Source: Octopus bimaculoides | Taxonomy: Eukaryota | NCBI RefSeq assembly: GCF_001194135.2 | Contig: NC_068986.1 | Location: 38,400,605 to 38,464,604, forward strand | Length of the DNA stretch: 64,000 nucleotides | Direction of reading: 5' to 3' | In this document: positions 37,491 to 50,604 of the stretch, piece by piece | Layout of the letters: every line of letters starts with the position of its first letter | How positions within the stretch are numbered: position 1 is the stretch's first letter | Position numbers and translations under genes: made by a program | The notes under the pieces: generated by a model | What the model saw: only the letters and a program-made list of their open reading frames with translations | Database searches by the model: none | What the model was told of the DNA's origin: nothing

Positions 37491-38526
37491 GTTGTTTTCT
37501 GACTTATTGTAGCAGACAACTATAATCCTCCTCCACCTAGTCCAGCTTTCATAATCTATGGTGGCCAAATGATCAGGTGATTAACCCTTGCCCATCAGTG
37601 TGCTCAGGATCCTTAAGTGTAATTTGAACTCAGAACACAAACATTCAGAACGGATATCACAAGGCATCTTGTGCAACACAACAGTCTAACAGGTCTGTCA
37701 ATCCACTGCTCCTGGAGTGGTAGGTAAACTTGATTGGAAAGAATAAAAGCCAATGTTGATTTTAATGGGATTTGAACTCAGAGCAGAAAAAGCCAGAACA
37801 AATGTTTTGTGGCACTTCCGCTGACATTCTAATGATTCTATCACTTCACTTTCAAGAGCATATTTGACTTCAACAGCTCACACCTCTTCTTCTATAAGCT
37901 CTCTTCCAATAATTGTTCCGTCTCTCTATATACTTGTCAAACTTTTCTTTTTGTTCAGCAGCCTCTTGCATGTCTCTTTCTCTAATTATTTACAGCTAAC
38001 ACATAAAATGCCCTCAGTTCTGACCTAGCTTTCACAAACAATACAAACAGAATATGTATACATCAAACACTTAACTGTTAAGCAACATTCTTTAATGTAT
38101 GGTTTGACCATCACATGTTACAATGGCCATGAACTCAAGTGGTTCTTAATGAATGTTTGTGTGTCTGGAAGCTGACTAGTTAGACCAGTGATTCTCAGAC
38201 TAACAAAGGCCAGGCCACCCACAGACATTTTCTAGTAGCCTTCTCTTTATTAATGAAATGACAAAAAGATTTTATATCCATATAATTCTTTTTTTCTTTA
38301 TTAGGATGTCTAACAAGTTTAAGATCTTGGAAACTAGCATGATTTTATTAAACATGACAATATATTCATCACCTTTACAATTCCCACAAGGTGCTTCCTT
38401 CTCCTTCCAGAGAGAAACAATTAAAAAGGCTCATGTGTATAAGGAAAATTCTTGACTAATAGGCAATAATTGATATATTAATGATTTTGATCTCATCATC
38501 CCACTGAGTTCTTCATTGCATTTCAG

Positions 38527-38544
38527 CCCTCCAGTGTTGATAAA
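38527..38544 (+). CDS. Possible 18-nt micro-exon (PSSVDK if phase 0)
   Basis: cttcattgcatttcag acceptor and AAA|GTAAGT donor; too short to verify. Confidence 0.2.
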
Positions 38545-39646
38545 GTAAGTCTACATTGTCATCGTTTTAATGTCCACCACTTTTCCATTTTGCATGGGTT
38601 GGATGGAGTATACCGAGGAAGATTTTCTATGGCTGGATGCCCTTCCTGTCACCAACCCTTATTACCTGTTTTTAACAGAATATTGGAAATGTATGACATT
38701 CATTAACAGCAATCACATGATGTCAAAACAAAAGACACAAACATACATACATTCACACACGTGCACACGCACACACTCACACACATACATACATACATAC
38801 ATACATACATACACATACATACATACATACACACATGTATACACACATGCATACATATATACCTACATACATACATGCATATGTGATGGGTTTCTTTCAG
38901 TTTCCATCTTTCAAATCCACTTAAATGGCTGTGGTTGGCCTAAGGTTTTAGCATAAGACACTTGGCTAAGGCGACACACAATGGGACTGAACCCAAGACC
39001 ATGTGGTTGAGAAGCAAGCTTCTTAAACTCACAGTCATAAATGCACTTCAGTACAAATGAAATAGTGAGTTTGACATAATCGACTCTAACCCTCTCTCTC
39101 AAATTCTGTGGTTTTGTATCTATGTAAAAAAACAATACATCAGTGACCCTTTCCTTATGTTGTGTTCTCTGCTTCTTATGGTCTTCGATCAATTTGCATT
39201 CCAGTCATGAAGTTTATTAAAGTAGCATGAAGCATGATCTTCAATCAGTTTTGTAAGGAAAAGGTTTTCAGTGCCAAAGGTTTCAAACATTACTGATACG
39301 TTTATGTTACTAATAGGTTCTCTGTCTCTCTCTTACTCGCTTTGTCTATCCATCCGTCCGTCTGTCTGTCTGTCTGTCTGTCTGTCGTCTCCCTCTTCTC
39401 TCCCTCTCGCTCTCTCTCAGTCTCTCTCTCCCTCTCTCTTTTGGTCTCTCTCTCCCTCACTCTCTCTCAAAGAGTAATGACCGGTACATACATTGTGAAA
39501 AAATCAACAACACACACACACACACACAAACACAGACACGCACACACACACAAACGCACATAAATACACACACACACACAAACACATGCATACACACACA
39601 GACACACACACACAAATGCACACAAATACACACACACAAACACACG

Positions 39647-39683
<37 letters not shown>

Positions 39684-40149
39684 CAAACACACACTAAACA
39701 CAGGATGTTGACACAGCAACATACAGAATATCATCACTATTCTTCAAAAAAAAGAAACATGAAGTATGATGAATGAGCTGTGTCAATTTGTGTGTTTGTT
39801 GATAGAGAGAAAGGTAGATTATGCGATTTATTTACCTCATACAACCACAAAAGGAATGCTGTTTATAACCATAGGTTGTATTTTATAAACACACTGCAAC
39901 AAATTTTATTTACTTGCTGGAAAATTAAGATAAATACAATGATAAATTATTAGGTTTGGTCATATGATGCAGAGGAATGAAAACAGTTGCATAAAGAAGG
40001 GCTGATTACTTAAAGTGGAGGGTAATTGTGGAAGGGGAAGACCCAGGAAAATGGGACAAAATACTGAAGGCCAATCTTAAAATGCTGAAACTTATGAAGG
40101 AGACGACAGAGGACTAAGACATGTGGCACATTGCTGTACTTGAGAAAAC

Positions 40150-40430
40150 CCACCCACCACAACAGATTTGAGATCCTAAAACTAAGGAGCCACATAAAAA
40201 ACACTGGTGCTGGTGCCACTTAAAAAGCACCTGTGATGGTGCCACATAAAAAAGCAGCCAGTACACTCTGTGGAATGGTTGGCATTAGGAAGTGCAACCA
40301 GCCATAGAAACCAGGCCAAAACAGACTATGGAAACTGGTGCAGCCCCTAGCCTTGCCAGTTCCTGTCAAGTTGTCCAACCTATGCCAGCATGGAAAATAG
40401 ACATGAAATGTTGATGATGATGATGATATG
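40150..40430 (+). mobile_element. RTE 3' UTR and tail
   Basis: gccacataaaaaagca...atgccagcatggaaaatagac...gatgatgat. Confidence 0.75.
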
Positions 40431-40465
40431 AATTCCTACATACATTTCACGATTACTGTTATTTA

Positions 40466-41139
40466 TGAGGAGAAGTCAAAAATTATCCACACTTTCACCA
40501 TGACATATTGTTATTGTCACACTGCCTTCTGTGCATGCATGCTCATAGTCAGTACTATTGGGGGTCATGTGATCAAAGTTTGAGCCTGATCGCACCATTC
40601 TTCTTTTTGGCTTTACAGTGTAACCATGGTTGCTCTACTAGCAATGTGCACCAAAGAAGAATAAAGAGCAGTGATCTGATTTCTCTGGTCAAAAGGTGTG
40701 TTAGGTGCTGAAATTCATCAGAGGCTTTTAGCACAATTGGTTAATGGTTTCAATGGCCTGGGGCAGTCATGTATGGACGTGCATTGTCATGCAACAACAA
40801 AACTTTCTTCAACAATAGTCTTCGGCATATGGTATGAATTGCTGGCTTCAGTTTGTTGGCCAGCAAAGCACTGTATCTTGCACTGTTGATGTACACCTCT
40901 TTTCTAACACCTGACCAGATAAATTGAACCATTGCTCTTTGTTTTTCTTTGATACACATTGCTAGTGGAGTGGTCAGGCCTACACTGTAAAGCCAGAAAG
41001 AAAAACGGTGTGATCAAGCTTAAACTTCAATCATGCGAGCACAATAGTACCAACTATAAGCACACATGTGCAGAAGGCAGTGTGACAATAATAATGATAT
41101 GTTATGGCAAAAGTGCAAATATTTTTTGACCTCCTCTCG
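40466..41139. mobile_element. Mariner derivative made of two inverted left ends, TA-flanked
   Basis: ta|tgaggagaagtcaaaaa ... ttttgacctcctctcg|ta; both arms continue into the transposase N-terminus (MCTKEE*RAVI*FLWSKGV on plus, MCIKEKQRAMVQFIWSGV on minus); core KVLLLHDNARPY on minus. Confidence 0.85.
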
Positions 41140-42458
41140 TAGAACTCAGCATTGGATGTTTGAAGTGCATTTGGATACCTTACTTCAATGGATCATCAGG
41201 GAAATACTTTATTATATTCTGTTACAAAAATTAAATATATTTTATTTATTTATAGATACAGCATGGAATTTTGTCAGTGAACAGGTCGCGGTCTCAAAGC
41301 GACAGAAATATTTTAGCAAATTAAATTTAAAAGTTGAAGTGAATCTAACGGTTTTTGTGTGTTTCTTAAACGGCTTATAAACACCTTCCATGCTGCAATT
41401 GTTTATTTACTTATATTTATTTATTTACTTATATTTATTTATTTACTTAGTTAATTTTTGTGAAAGCAGATGGAACTTTATCTTTCCAAGTCTTTTCCAG
41501 TAAGTACTGAGAAATCAAACAAGGCCATATAAAAAACACAAGTGTTGGAGCCACATAAAAAGCACTGATGATGGTACCCTGTATACTCTGTAGAGTGACT
41601 GATGTTAGGAAGAGCATCCAGCCATAGAAACCAAAATTTTACAATCTCAGAGCCTCTACAATATGAAACAGGGAACCCTTTTTAGAGCTAGGGGTAAACT
41701 GGAAGTGAATAAGAATCAGTGGGGAAGCATCAGTGTAGCACCCTGGGCAAGCATCTTTTGCTATAGCCTCAGGCTGACCAAAGTCTTATACATGAATTTG
41801 GTAGACAGAAACTGAAAGGAGTCCCATCATGTGTGCGTGTGTGTGTGCACATAAGCATATGTGTGTGTGTGTGTATGTGTTTGTGTTTGTCCCCCACCAC
41901 TGTTTGACAACTGGTATTGGTTTGTTTATGTCCCCCATAACTTAGTTGTTCAGCAAAATGAGACCATTAGAATAAGTACCAAACATACAAACATAAGTAC
42001 TGGCGTCAATTTGTTTGATTAAACCCTTCAAAGTAGTGCTCCAGCATGGCCACAGCCCAATGATTGAAACAAGTAAGTGATAAAAGATAAAAGCAAAGAT
42101 AAAAGATGTACAAAAATATGCACACACACACACTCAAACATATGCACATGCATGCATGCAAACACACACACACGCAAACACATGCACACACATATATGTG
42201 CACATGCACATATACACATGTACATGCATGCCCATATGAGCACACAAACACACAATGGCAAATGTACACACACACAAGCACACACATGAACACACACACA
42301 CACACACGCAAACACACACACACACACGCATGCACATGCATGCATGCAAACACATATGCACACACATACACACACACACACATGCACATATGAACACACA
42401 AACACACAATAGCAAATGTACACACACAGGCAAACACACACATGCACACACACACACA

Positions 42459-42500
<42 letters not shown>

Positions 42501-43073
42501 TGTGAGAGGACATCGACCACTTCATTATTATTCATTGATTTTGTTTTGTTCTTTAGAATATGGAAAACATCATAATTCTGAATTCAGTCACAGATCAATT
42601 CAGTTGATAAGTATGTCACAAAGTTGTGGAGGATTCACTTTATAATTTATATAAACAGGCAACAACTGTTCTAGATTGTTCATCTTTGACTTAAAAGTTG
42701 TGATAAGCTTTTCTATCAGATCAGAAATCATTTAAGTTGGAAATATTATAACTAAGATTCTGAGCTGCTAGATTTAGTTTTGTTTCTACATTTTTTGTCT
42801 TTTTCATAATTTTCGTTTTTTTTGTTTGTTTGTTTTTCATTCATTTTGTAGGTCAATAACCTTTTCTCTTTTCATTTTTTTTGTTTTTTAATTTCATATT
42901 GAGATTGGAAGATATTCATAATATTTGGGTTTTCTTTTGTTTGTTCCTGATTTTGGTCTTTGTGTACATTTTAGACATCTCAATGTCATTTGTGTGTTGT
43001 GAGGTTCTTTCAAAACTTTAAAAATAAAAAAAGAACAAATACATTTAATTAAAAAACAGAAAATTCTATAATG

Positions 43074-43440
43074 TACAAAGCACGTTCAAAAAGTATCTGA
43101 CTTTATTTCTTCCCTCCAAAACTAATGCCACATGAGCAAAATCCTTTAGGTGGGAGGTGATGCCACCCTTCCTGCACGTGCATAAAAATTTTCACACAAG
43201 TAGGCCACAGCAGTTCCTAGAGTACAGACATTTAGTGTGTACTCATTAGATTTTCATTTTCATGCAAGATGACAGAATGCATCAAGCAGAGACCATAAAC
43301 CCATGTCCTATCACTAGTGATGATGGTCTTCATGAAGTCTGGGTTGTGGTCTGCACAGTCCAGCTTATCCTGATCGATTTCTATGCGGAGTTGCTTCTGC
43401 TGCTGCACCAACACCTTGGAGATAAATTTTGCTAACACTT
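43074..43440. mobile_element. Mariner relic: left end on plus fused to an inverted catalytic-domain fragment
   Basis: tacaaagcacgttcaaaaagtatctgac TIR and MTECIKQR on plus; AKFISKVL...DFMKTIITSDRTWVYG on minus. Confidence 0.75.
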
Positions 43441-44890
43441 TCCACACACACACCGCACAAACATACAAACATGCACAGATATGCACATATACACACACTC
43501 TCACATTTACATGCCTACATACACACTCTCACACTTTTACATGCACACACACTAATAAATGTGGTAAAACTCACATTGAATATCAATATGCATGAACTTA
43601 ACCCTGCCATAGATTTATGAGCTCCAATCCTGAGAGGCTCATAAAAGGTAATTAGCATTGTATCTGTTCTTCCTCCTCATCGTCCTCTTCAAACAAAAGA
43701 ATGAAACTCACATACATATACTGACAGACAGACACATATATATGTGTAACTACAGGTACAACAATAATAAATACAAGAAAAGTGTACAAGATAACTGCAA
43801 GATTTTCCACAGTAAGGATAGTTCTTTTGATGAAATTTCATACAAAAAAGAACTGTTAGAGAGAGATCATGGTGTCATTGTGAGGCCGTAAGCTATAACT
43901 TTTTTACCTTATGCTGAAATCTTGCACAGTTCGCTATCCACATTTCACACCAATCACTTTTCCTTACTTTCCTTCCCAGAATGAATACCAGCCCTCTGAA
44001 ATTTTGTTTCCCACCTGTGTTTTTTCCCCTCATAGACCCAGGTAGCAGCATTACAGCTACAACTTTGTACAACATGTACCACAACTGGCTCTGCATCATC
44101 ACCACAACATCATGATACAGTATTTCTGTCACCGTGTACAATTGACTACGAACTGGTATTTCTCATCTATGTGTCTATGAACATTCCTCTAACTTCTCAT
44201 TTAAAACTCACTTTCTTCCTCTTCATTGTTCTTATATGTACCCAATACACACTCAGACACACATACACTTTGCTCTCAAGATGGCCGATCTATTATTCTG
44301 TATACATGACACACACACAAACACACATGTTAACCTATGAATAAATGTTCTCCTAACCTTCTACTCAGTTGTGTCTCCTCTCTTTTCCAACTGGCACATA
44401 ATATGTATAATTTCAGCCTTCCGATATGAGTCGATATTAGATGGTCACACAACACACATCACCTTGACCACCTATAAAAAAAATAATTTCAGTTTACTGG
44501 AATTTAGTTCTCTTGTAAACTAGTGTGGTTTGTTGAAATTGTAACTTCATTTTGTGGCTTGAGAATAACATCTGAGTTATTTTATTAACTCATGTGGTTT
44601 ATTGAAATAATGTCTCAACCCATGCACTGAGAAAAGCATCGAGGTTATTTCACAAACTACTGTAGTTTACTGAAGAAACTGTTACATCATTTAGACATCA
44701 GAGTACAAAAGACATTTGAGTACAGGCATCACTGTGTGGTAAAAAAGTTTGATTTCCAACCACATGGTTTTAAATTTAGTCTCTTTTTGGGTGAGTGAAT
44801 TCTATTATAACACTGGGCCAACCAAAACCTTGTAAGTAGATTTGGTAGACAGAAACTGAAAGAAGCCCATCGTACATGTGTGTGTGTGTA

Positions 44891-45895
44891 ATATACAGGT
44901 TGCATAAGATTTATGTTTATAAATAAACAGATAAACAATAACAGATAACTTTATTTATCAAAAAAGGGATAAATGAGGATAAAAATAAACATTCTTTTCT
45001 ATAATGTTATTCAATAAAGCCACCTTCAGCTTCAGGAACTGCTTCTGTATGAGATCTAAATCATCTACATGCTCAAATCAAGTGGTCCTGGTTCATTTTA
45101 GACATTACTCTGACTATGGCAGCTTTCAAAGAATCTTTGGTGTTACGGGTGTGTTCATTGACCTCTTCCTCAACAATGCTCCACATGTAATAGTCCAATG
45201 GATTGAGATCTGGGGAATTAGGAGGCCAAATGTTAGGAATTATGTGATCATGAAAATTTTCAGCCAACCATTCTTGTGTTACTAGAGCCATGTGTGATAG
45301 TGTAGTCTTACTCTTCAGAAGGGTCTGCACATAACCATCTGACATTTCTTCTGTTAACTTTTTGATCTTGGTCAAAGTTTTTCTCATTTGAGAAAAACCA
45401 AATCAACTCTTCTTCTGCTGGATTTTTAAGTTTGCTTAAGAGCCTTTTAGATCTGATGTAGTGATTTTCTTTTGCTTTTTCTGACAAATTAACCTTTCTT
45501 CATCATATAAGACTTATATTTGATGTCTTCGTGGACAACATTTCTGACTGTTCCTTCTGACACATGGAGATGTTTTGCAATTGACCTCATAGACTTTCTG
45601 GGATTGTAACCTATAGTCTGTTGAACTTGCCAGATAAATTCAAGTGTTCTGATGATTTCAGAGCATTTAGAATACTTTTTTTGTTTTGATACTGGTGATA
45701 CATTTTCATCTTCAGTCCTTACAAACTCTGTAGACGAATGATGTAACATCTTTTAAAAATCGAGATATTTCAAAATTGCTATGCTCAGCCTTTATAACTA
45801 CAATAACAGCATGCTTCTTCATTTCTAGAGTAAACTGAGGGTCTGCCATTATTATTTTCTGAAACAAATATACAGAGTTAGGAAAAAATTCAGCA
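44891..45895 (-). mobile_element. DD37D-type transposon, family 1, internally deleted and frameshifted
   Basis: MADPQFTLEMKKHAVIVVIKAEHSN...RKSMRSIAKHLHVSEGTVRNVVHEDIKYKSY...IWPPNSPDLNPLDYYMWSIVE. Confidence 0.9.
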
Positions 45896-45904
45896 GTAAC
45901 CCAA

Positions 45905-46030
45905 AAATGAAAATAATACTGACATCTCATTTTAACAGATATATTTCTAAAATTACATAAAAATATCTTGAAATACTAAAGAGTAAATGTATTCAATAAA
46001 AGCGCCATGGGCTTCAACCGTGGCTTCCAG
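45905..46030 (-). mobile_element. 3' fragment of DD37D family 2
   Basis: Matches 58070-58200 (tttaacagatatattt...ggcttcaacc.ggc.tccagatg). Confidence 0.8.
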
Positions 46031-47891
46031 ATGTCTTCAGAATTTCCTGCAATAATGTCCTAACTTGTGCACTAGGAAAGACATCTAGGTTATTTTACAA
46101 ACTACTCCGTTTTATCAAAGAAACAATTGCCCTATTTAGCAGCTTTGCAAAAGATATCTTCTTGGTCATTTTGTAAACAATTGTAGTTTATTGAAATAAT
46201 GTCCTAACTTGTGCACTGAGAAAGATATTTTCAAGGTTAATTTATAAATTACTTTGGCATGTTGAAATAGAAACCATTATTTAGTGCCATTGCAAAAGAG
46301 ATTTTGTAAGTTATTTAATAAACTTGTGTGGTTTCTTTAATTAGCAGCCTAATTTATGGCATTGAGAACAACATCATTTAGGCTATTTGATAAACTATTC
46401 TGGTTTCTTGAAATAAGCTTCAAATGTAGCATTTAAAAAGACATCTTCCAGGTTATTCTGAATATTTTTTATTTAGGTTATTTTTCAAAGTTTCAATGTT
46501 AGAGTTGGTATTGGGCAAGGGTATATGTTTATCTATTCCTTGTTTCATTGCACAGTAAACATTAGATCTTATAAAATGTGAAAAATTGTAGTTACATTTC
46601 TGTTAGCAGTTGAAGNNNNNNNNNNNNNNNNNNNNNNNNNNNNNNNNNNNNNNNNNNNNNNNNNNNNNNNNNNNNNNNNNNNNNNNNNNNNNNNNNNNNN
46701 NNNNNNNNNNNNNNNNNNNNNNNNNNNNNNNNNNNNNNNNNNNNNNNNNNNNNNNNNNNNNNNNNNNNNNNNNNNNNNNNNNNNNNNNNNNNNNNNNNNN
46801 NNNNNNNNNNNNNNNNNNNNNNNNNNNNNNNNNNNNNNNNNNNNNNNNNNNNNNNNNNNNNNNNNNNNNNNNNNNNNNNNNNNNNNNNNNNNNNNNNNNN
46901 NNNNNNNNNNNNNNNNNNNNNNNNNNNNNNNNNNNNNNNNNNNNNNNNNNNNNNNNNNNNNNNNNNNNNNNNNNNNNNNNNNNNNNNNNNNNNNNNNNNN
47001 NNNNNNNNNNNNNNNNNNNNNNNNNNNNNNNNNNNNNNNNNNNNNNNNNNNNNNNNNNNNNNNNNNNNNNNNNNNNNNNNNNNNNNNNNNNNNNNNNNNN
47101 NNNNNNNNNNNNNNNNNNNNNNNNNNNNNNNNNNNNNNNNNNNNNNNNNNNNNNNNNNNNNNNNNNNNNNNNNNNNNNNNNNNNNNNNNNNNNNNNNNNN
47201 NNNNNNNNNNNNNNNNNNNNNNNNNNNNNNNNNNNNNNNNNNNNNNNNNNNNNNNNNNNNNNNNNNNNNNNNNNNNNNNNNNNNNNNNNNNNNNNNNNNN
47301 NNNNNNNNNNNNTATCTTTTTTAAGTCTGTCTCTTATTCTATTGGTTTCTTTTGCTGAAACACTTAAAAATATAAAAACAGGAAAATATCACTTTCCAAG
47401 AAGAAGAAGAAGAAGAAGAAGAAGAAGAAGAAGAAGAAGATGATGATGATGATGATAACTGGTGGTGGTGGTGGTGGTGGTGGTTGATGTTGTTGTCTAG
47501 CCCCCAGGTCAGCGTTTATCAAGTTGACTTATCATCAAATATGATCTAGGAGTGTCCAGCTTAGTATTTTTTATCTCCAGATATGTAATCTAACTTGGGC
47601 TACATTATCCAATGTGTTGTTTTCTTTATTAAAACAGTAGGGTGTGATATGAAAAAGATCTGGCTGCTATTTCTAGTAGGCCAAGCAACCATACAGCAGT
47701 GTCCCTGTTTACTTGTTGACAATGATAATGGTAACAGTGATGATGATGGTAGCTATGACAATGAAGAGATCACAGCTTTCATTGTGTCAGTTGTTATTTG
47801 GTCCAGATGCCCATACTCTAGGTTACCACATTCCAAATATGTGTTGTCTCAGATAGCAGACCAAGGGCATTCATGACATGACCATCTTGTC

Positions 47892-47975
47892 AGGGACTGA
47901 TATACATTGATCAGTCTATAAGGGACTGATATACATTAATCAATCCATAGGGGACTGATATACATTAACCAATTA
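47892..47975. repeat. 29-bp minisatellite, 3 units
   Basis: gggactgatatacatt(g/a)a three times. Confidence 0.85.
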
Positions 47976-49749
47976 TCTAAATTTGTAGGGTGTGATACAG
48001 GAATTAAACCCATGATCTTGTGATTGTCATTGCAACACCCTAACCACTGGCCACACACCTTCTAAGCTATACCCTAGTGTCTTAAAAAAACAGGAACAAG
48101 ACATTGAATTAAGGCCATGGCTGGAACATTTTTGATTACAGATCTGCTAGATCAGGGCTAACTTGGGGATGCAAAAATGACAGCCCTTTTAGAATCTCCA
48201 GCCTCTCTATTGCTTTGCTCTCTCTCTCTCTCTCTTACACACACACATAAACACACATACATAGACACATACACATGCATGCATACATACACACACATGC
48301 ACCCACACCCACACACCCACACATAGACACACACACACACAATGTATACTCACACACATACTCATACAGGAGCCAACAAAAGAAATTCTATGTGGTAGTC
48401 TGACCTGCTAGAAATAGCAGCCATATTTTCTACAAATCATAAACCTTTTTTGCTTTTGTTTTTTGCTTTTTTTTGTTTTAAATGGAAGGACACTTTAGAT
48501 AAGATAGTCCCAGATAAATTACACAACCTGAAAGAAAGATGGAACAACTATGGCTGGAATGTATTAGATCATAAGTTTGCTCATTCAGAACTCAAACCAG
48601 AATTGAACCACAACAAAACACACACACACACAATTTACTTGTAAGCTTTTGTAAATAACAGCCAGTCATGCATACACTGCATTCAATAAAATCCTGCATA
48701 GAATACATTTTAGGTTTTAAATAAATAAAATTTTATATTACTGTTTGTCTAGAAAGGCAAAAATGCATCCATTGTTGTTTTAGCATTGCGCATTACCACC
48801 ACCACCTACCACCACCACAACAGAAACCACCAATACTGCCACTGTCACTGCTAACATTACCATCACCATCACCACCACCACCACTATCATTACTGCTACC
48901 ATTACTACTACAACAACAACACCAACAACTACCACTACAATACCATCACCACCAACAATAACAAGCTCAAAACTGCTGCCACTAACCTGACCCATTGAAA
49001 AATTTTTGAATAAATCCTTCCTTTATTTTCCAGGGACAGAATTACATTTTCAAGGACAATAGACTCCTTGTGATTCTACAGATAACTTTAGATAACAACT
49101 GTTTATATTCTCACTGCTAAAAGCGATATCTCCTACCCCAGCCCCCATTGGACAAGAAGAGGCAAGTAAGCCTCCTGTGAAACAACCTCTGCCCCATGAG
49201 CCGGAGATTTAAATCCCCTTTGCCATTTCATCGACCACTTAGCAACTGACAACAACTGCTAATATTGATTTCTGACTTAGGGACAAGGCCATACATTTTT
49301 GAAAGAAAGAGTTGTCATTGATAGTTACCATTGTTGTCAATGTCATTGTTATTGTCGTTGTTATATCATCATCATCATCATCATCTTCATCTTCATTCAA
49401 TTTGCTTTATTTCGAAGACAGCCACACGCCTTCACTACCCATTGTAGCTTTTATTTATAATCAATTATTTTCCTGTAGTTGGGTGAATAGCCTTTGGCTG
49501 TCAGCAGGATTTTCAATCCTCAGGTGGAATCTGAACACAGAATGCAAAACAAAATAAGCCAGAACAGTTGTTGTAATTCAACTGCTCTAGACAGGTTCTT
49601 TATACTAAAAGGATGAAAGGCAAATATTAATCTCAGAAGGATTTGAACAAGTTTCAAGCACAAAGACATAAAACAAATACCACAAGGTGTTTTATCTGAT
49701 ATTTAACAACTCTGCTAGTTGACTAATTTTGTTGGGTACAGATAATTAA

Positions 49750-49971
49750 CCCTTTAACATTCAAACTGGCCATATCAGGCCCAAATATTCTACTTATCTT
49801 ATATTGAAACTGAGATGATATAAGGCCTCTCACAACTACCGTGCAAAGTCATTCTAAAGCAAACAAATGTATCATCGAAATCTAAAAGCTACAAGATAGT
49901 GTATGATTAATTTCAAAAAAATGTGAATAAATTAGCATTATATTTGACAGATTAATCAGAATTCTAAAGGG
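49750..49971 (-). mobile_element. piggyBac-like MITE with TTAA on both sides
   Basis: ttaa (49746-49749)|ccctttaac ... ctaaaggg|ttaa (49972-49975). Confidence 0.85.
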
Positions 49972-49975
49972 TTAA

Positions 49976-50604
49976 ATATGTTAAAGGATGAATCATCCAA
50001 GAAAATAACATTCTTCATCTGCTCTAGGGACCAATTCTGTAGGTTTTTACTCCACTCTAAATGCTTTGCAATGTTTGTTTTTGAAAGTAATGGTTTTCTG
50101 ATTGCAGACTTCCCGTGAAATCCACCTTTGTGCAGCTCCCAGCAAACACTTTTTGTGGAAACTGGGTTTTCAAGGTAGTCATTAAGCTCTGCAGTAATTT
50201 TGGGAGCTGTATTTTTGTGATCCTTTCTGACAATTCGCGTAAGAGTCCAACGGTCCCTGTCTGAAAGTTTTGGTTTTCTTCCAGACTTTTGTTTTGACAA
50301 GGAGGTTTTTCCCTCTTTCTCAAAGGTTGTCATTACTTTTGAGACATTTTGGCTGTTTTCATTATGCTACCATCTGCCATACAAACACCAACAATTTGAC
50401 CTCTTTGAAAGTCTGATAGATCTGTCATTTTAATGAATTTTAATTACCTTTTCTTGATGATATCTGAAAGGAAACACCAATTTTAGCAAAACATATTAAG
50501 CAACACTAATAATAAATAAAAAGACATAAAAATAAACAATCTTTTGATCAAAATTATGATGCTGTGATGCTAGGTGTTTCCTTTATTTTGTCCAACCCCT
50601 GTGA
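49976..50604 (-). mobile_element. Tc1-family transposon, 5' half
   Basis: ORF 49956-50333 KSGRKPKLSDRDR...KPLLSKTNIAKHLEW...VIFLDDSSF; TIR cagggttggacaaaataaaggaaacacc at about 50575-50603. Confidence 0.9.

Larger units (their letters stand above)
44500..46480. repeat. Old ~68-72-bp satellite array (44500-44700 and 46025-46480) interrupted by TEs
   Basis: Unit about ttattgaaataatgtcctaacttgtgcactgagaaagacatctaggttattttacaaactactgtgg; unit starts at about 44530, 44599, 44667, 46188, 46260, 46334, 46405. Confidence 0.75.

Noticed and set aside
41066-41380. 104-aa ORF with a strong-looking acceptor at 41142
   Set aside because: The pyrimidine tract and AG are the mariner TIR plus its TA target site; there is no other support
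41942-42645. Cys/Val- and His/Thr-rich ORFs (also 14478-14744, 15500-16177, 39457-39737, 51281-51785, 57541-57933)
   Set aside because: Translations of (CA)n, (TA)n, (ATGT)n and (CAT)n repeats
49033-49165. Plus-strand segment with a strong acceptor (49032) and a GTAAGC donor (49166)
   Set aside because: All three frames from the strong acceptor hit stops; only weaker internal acceptors give short open exons, so it is not supportable
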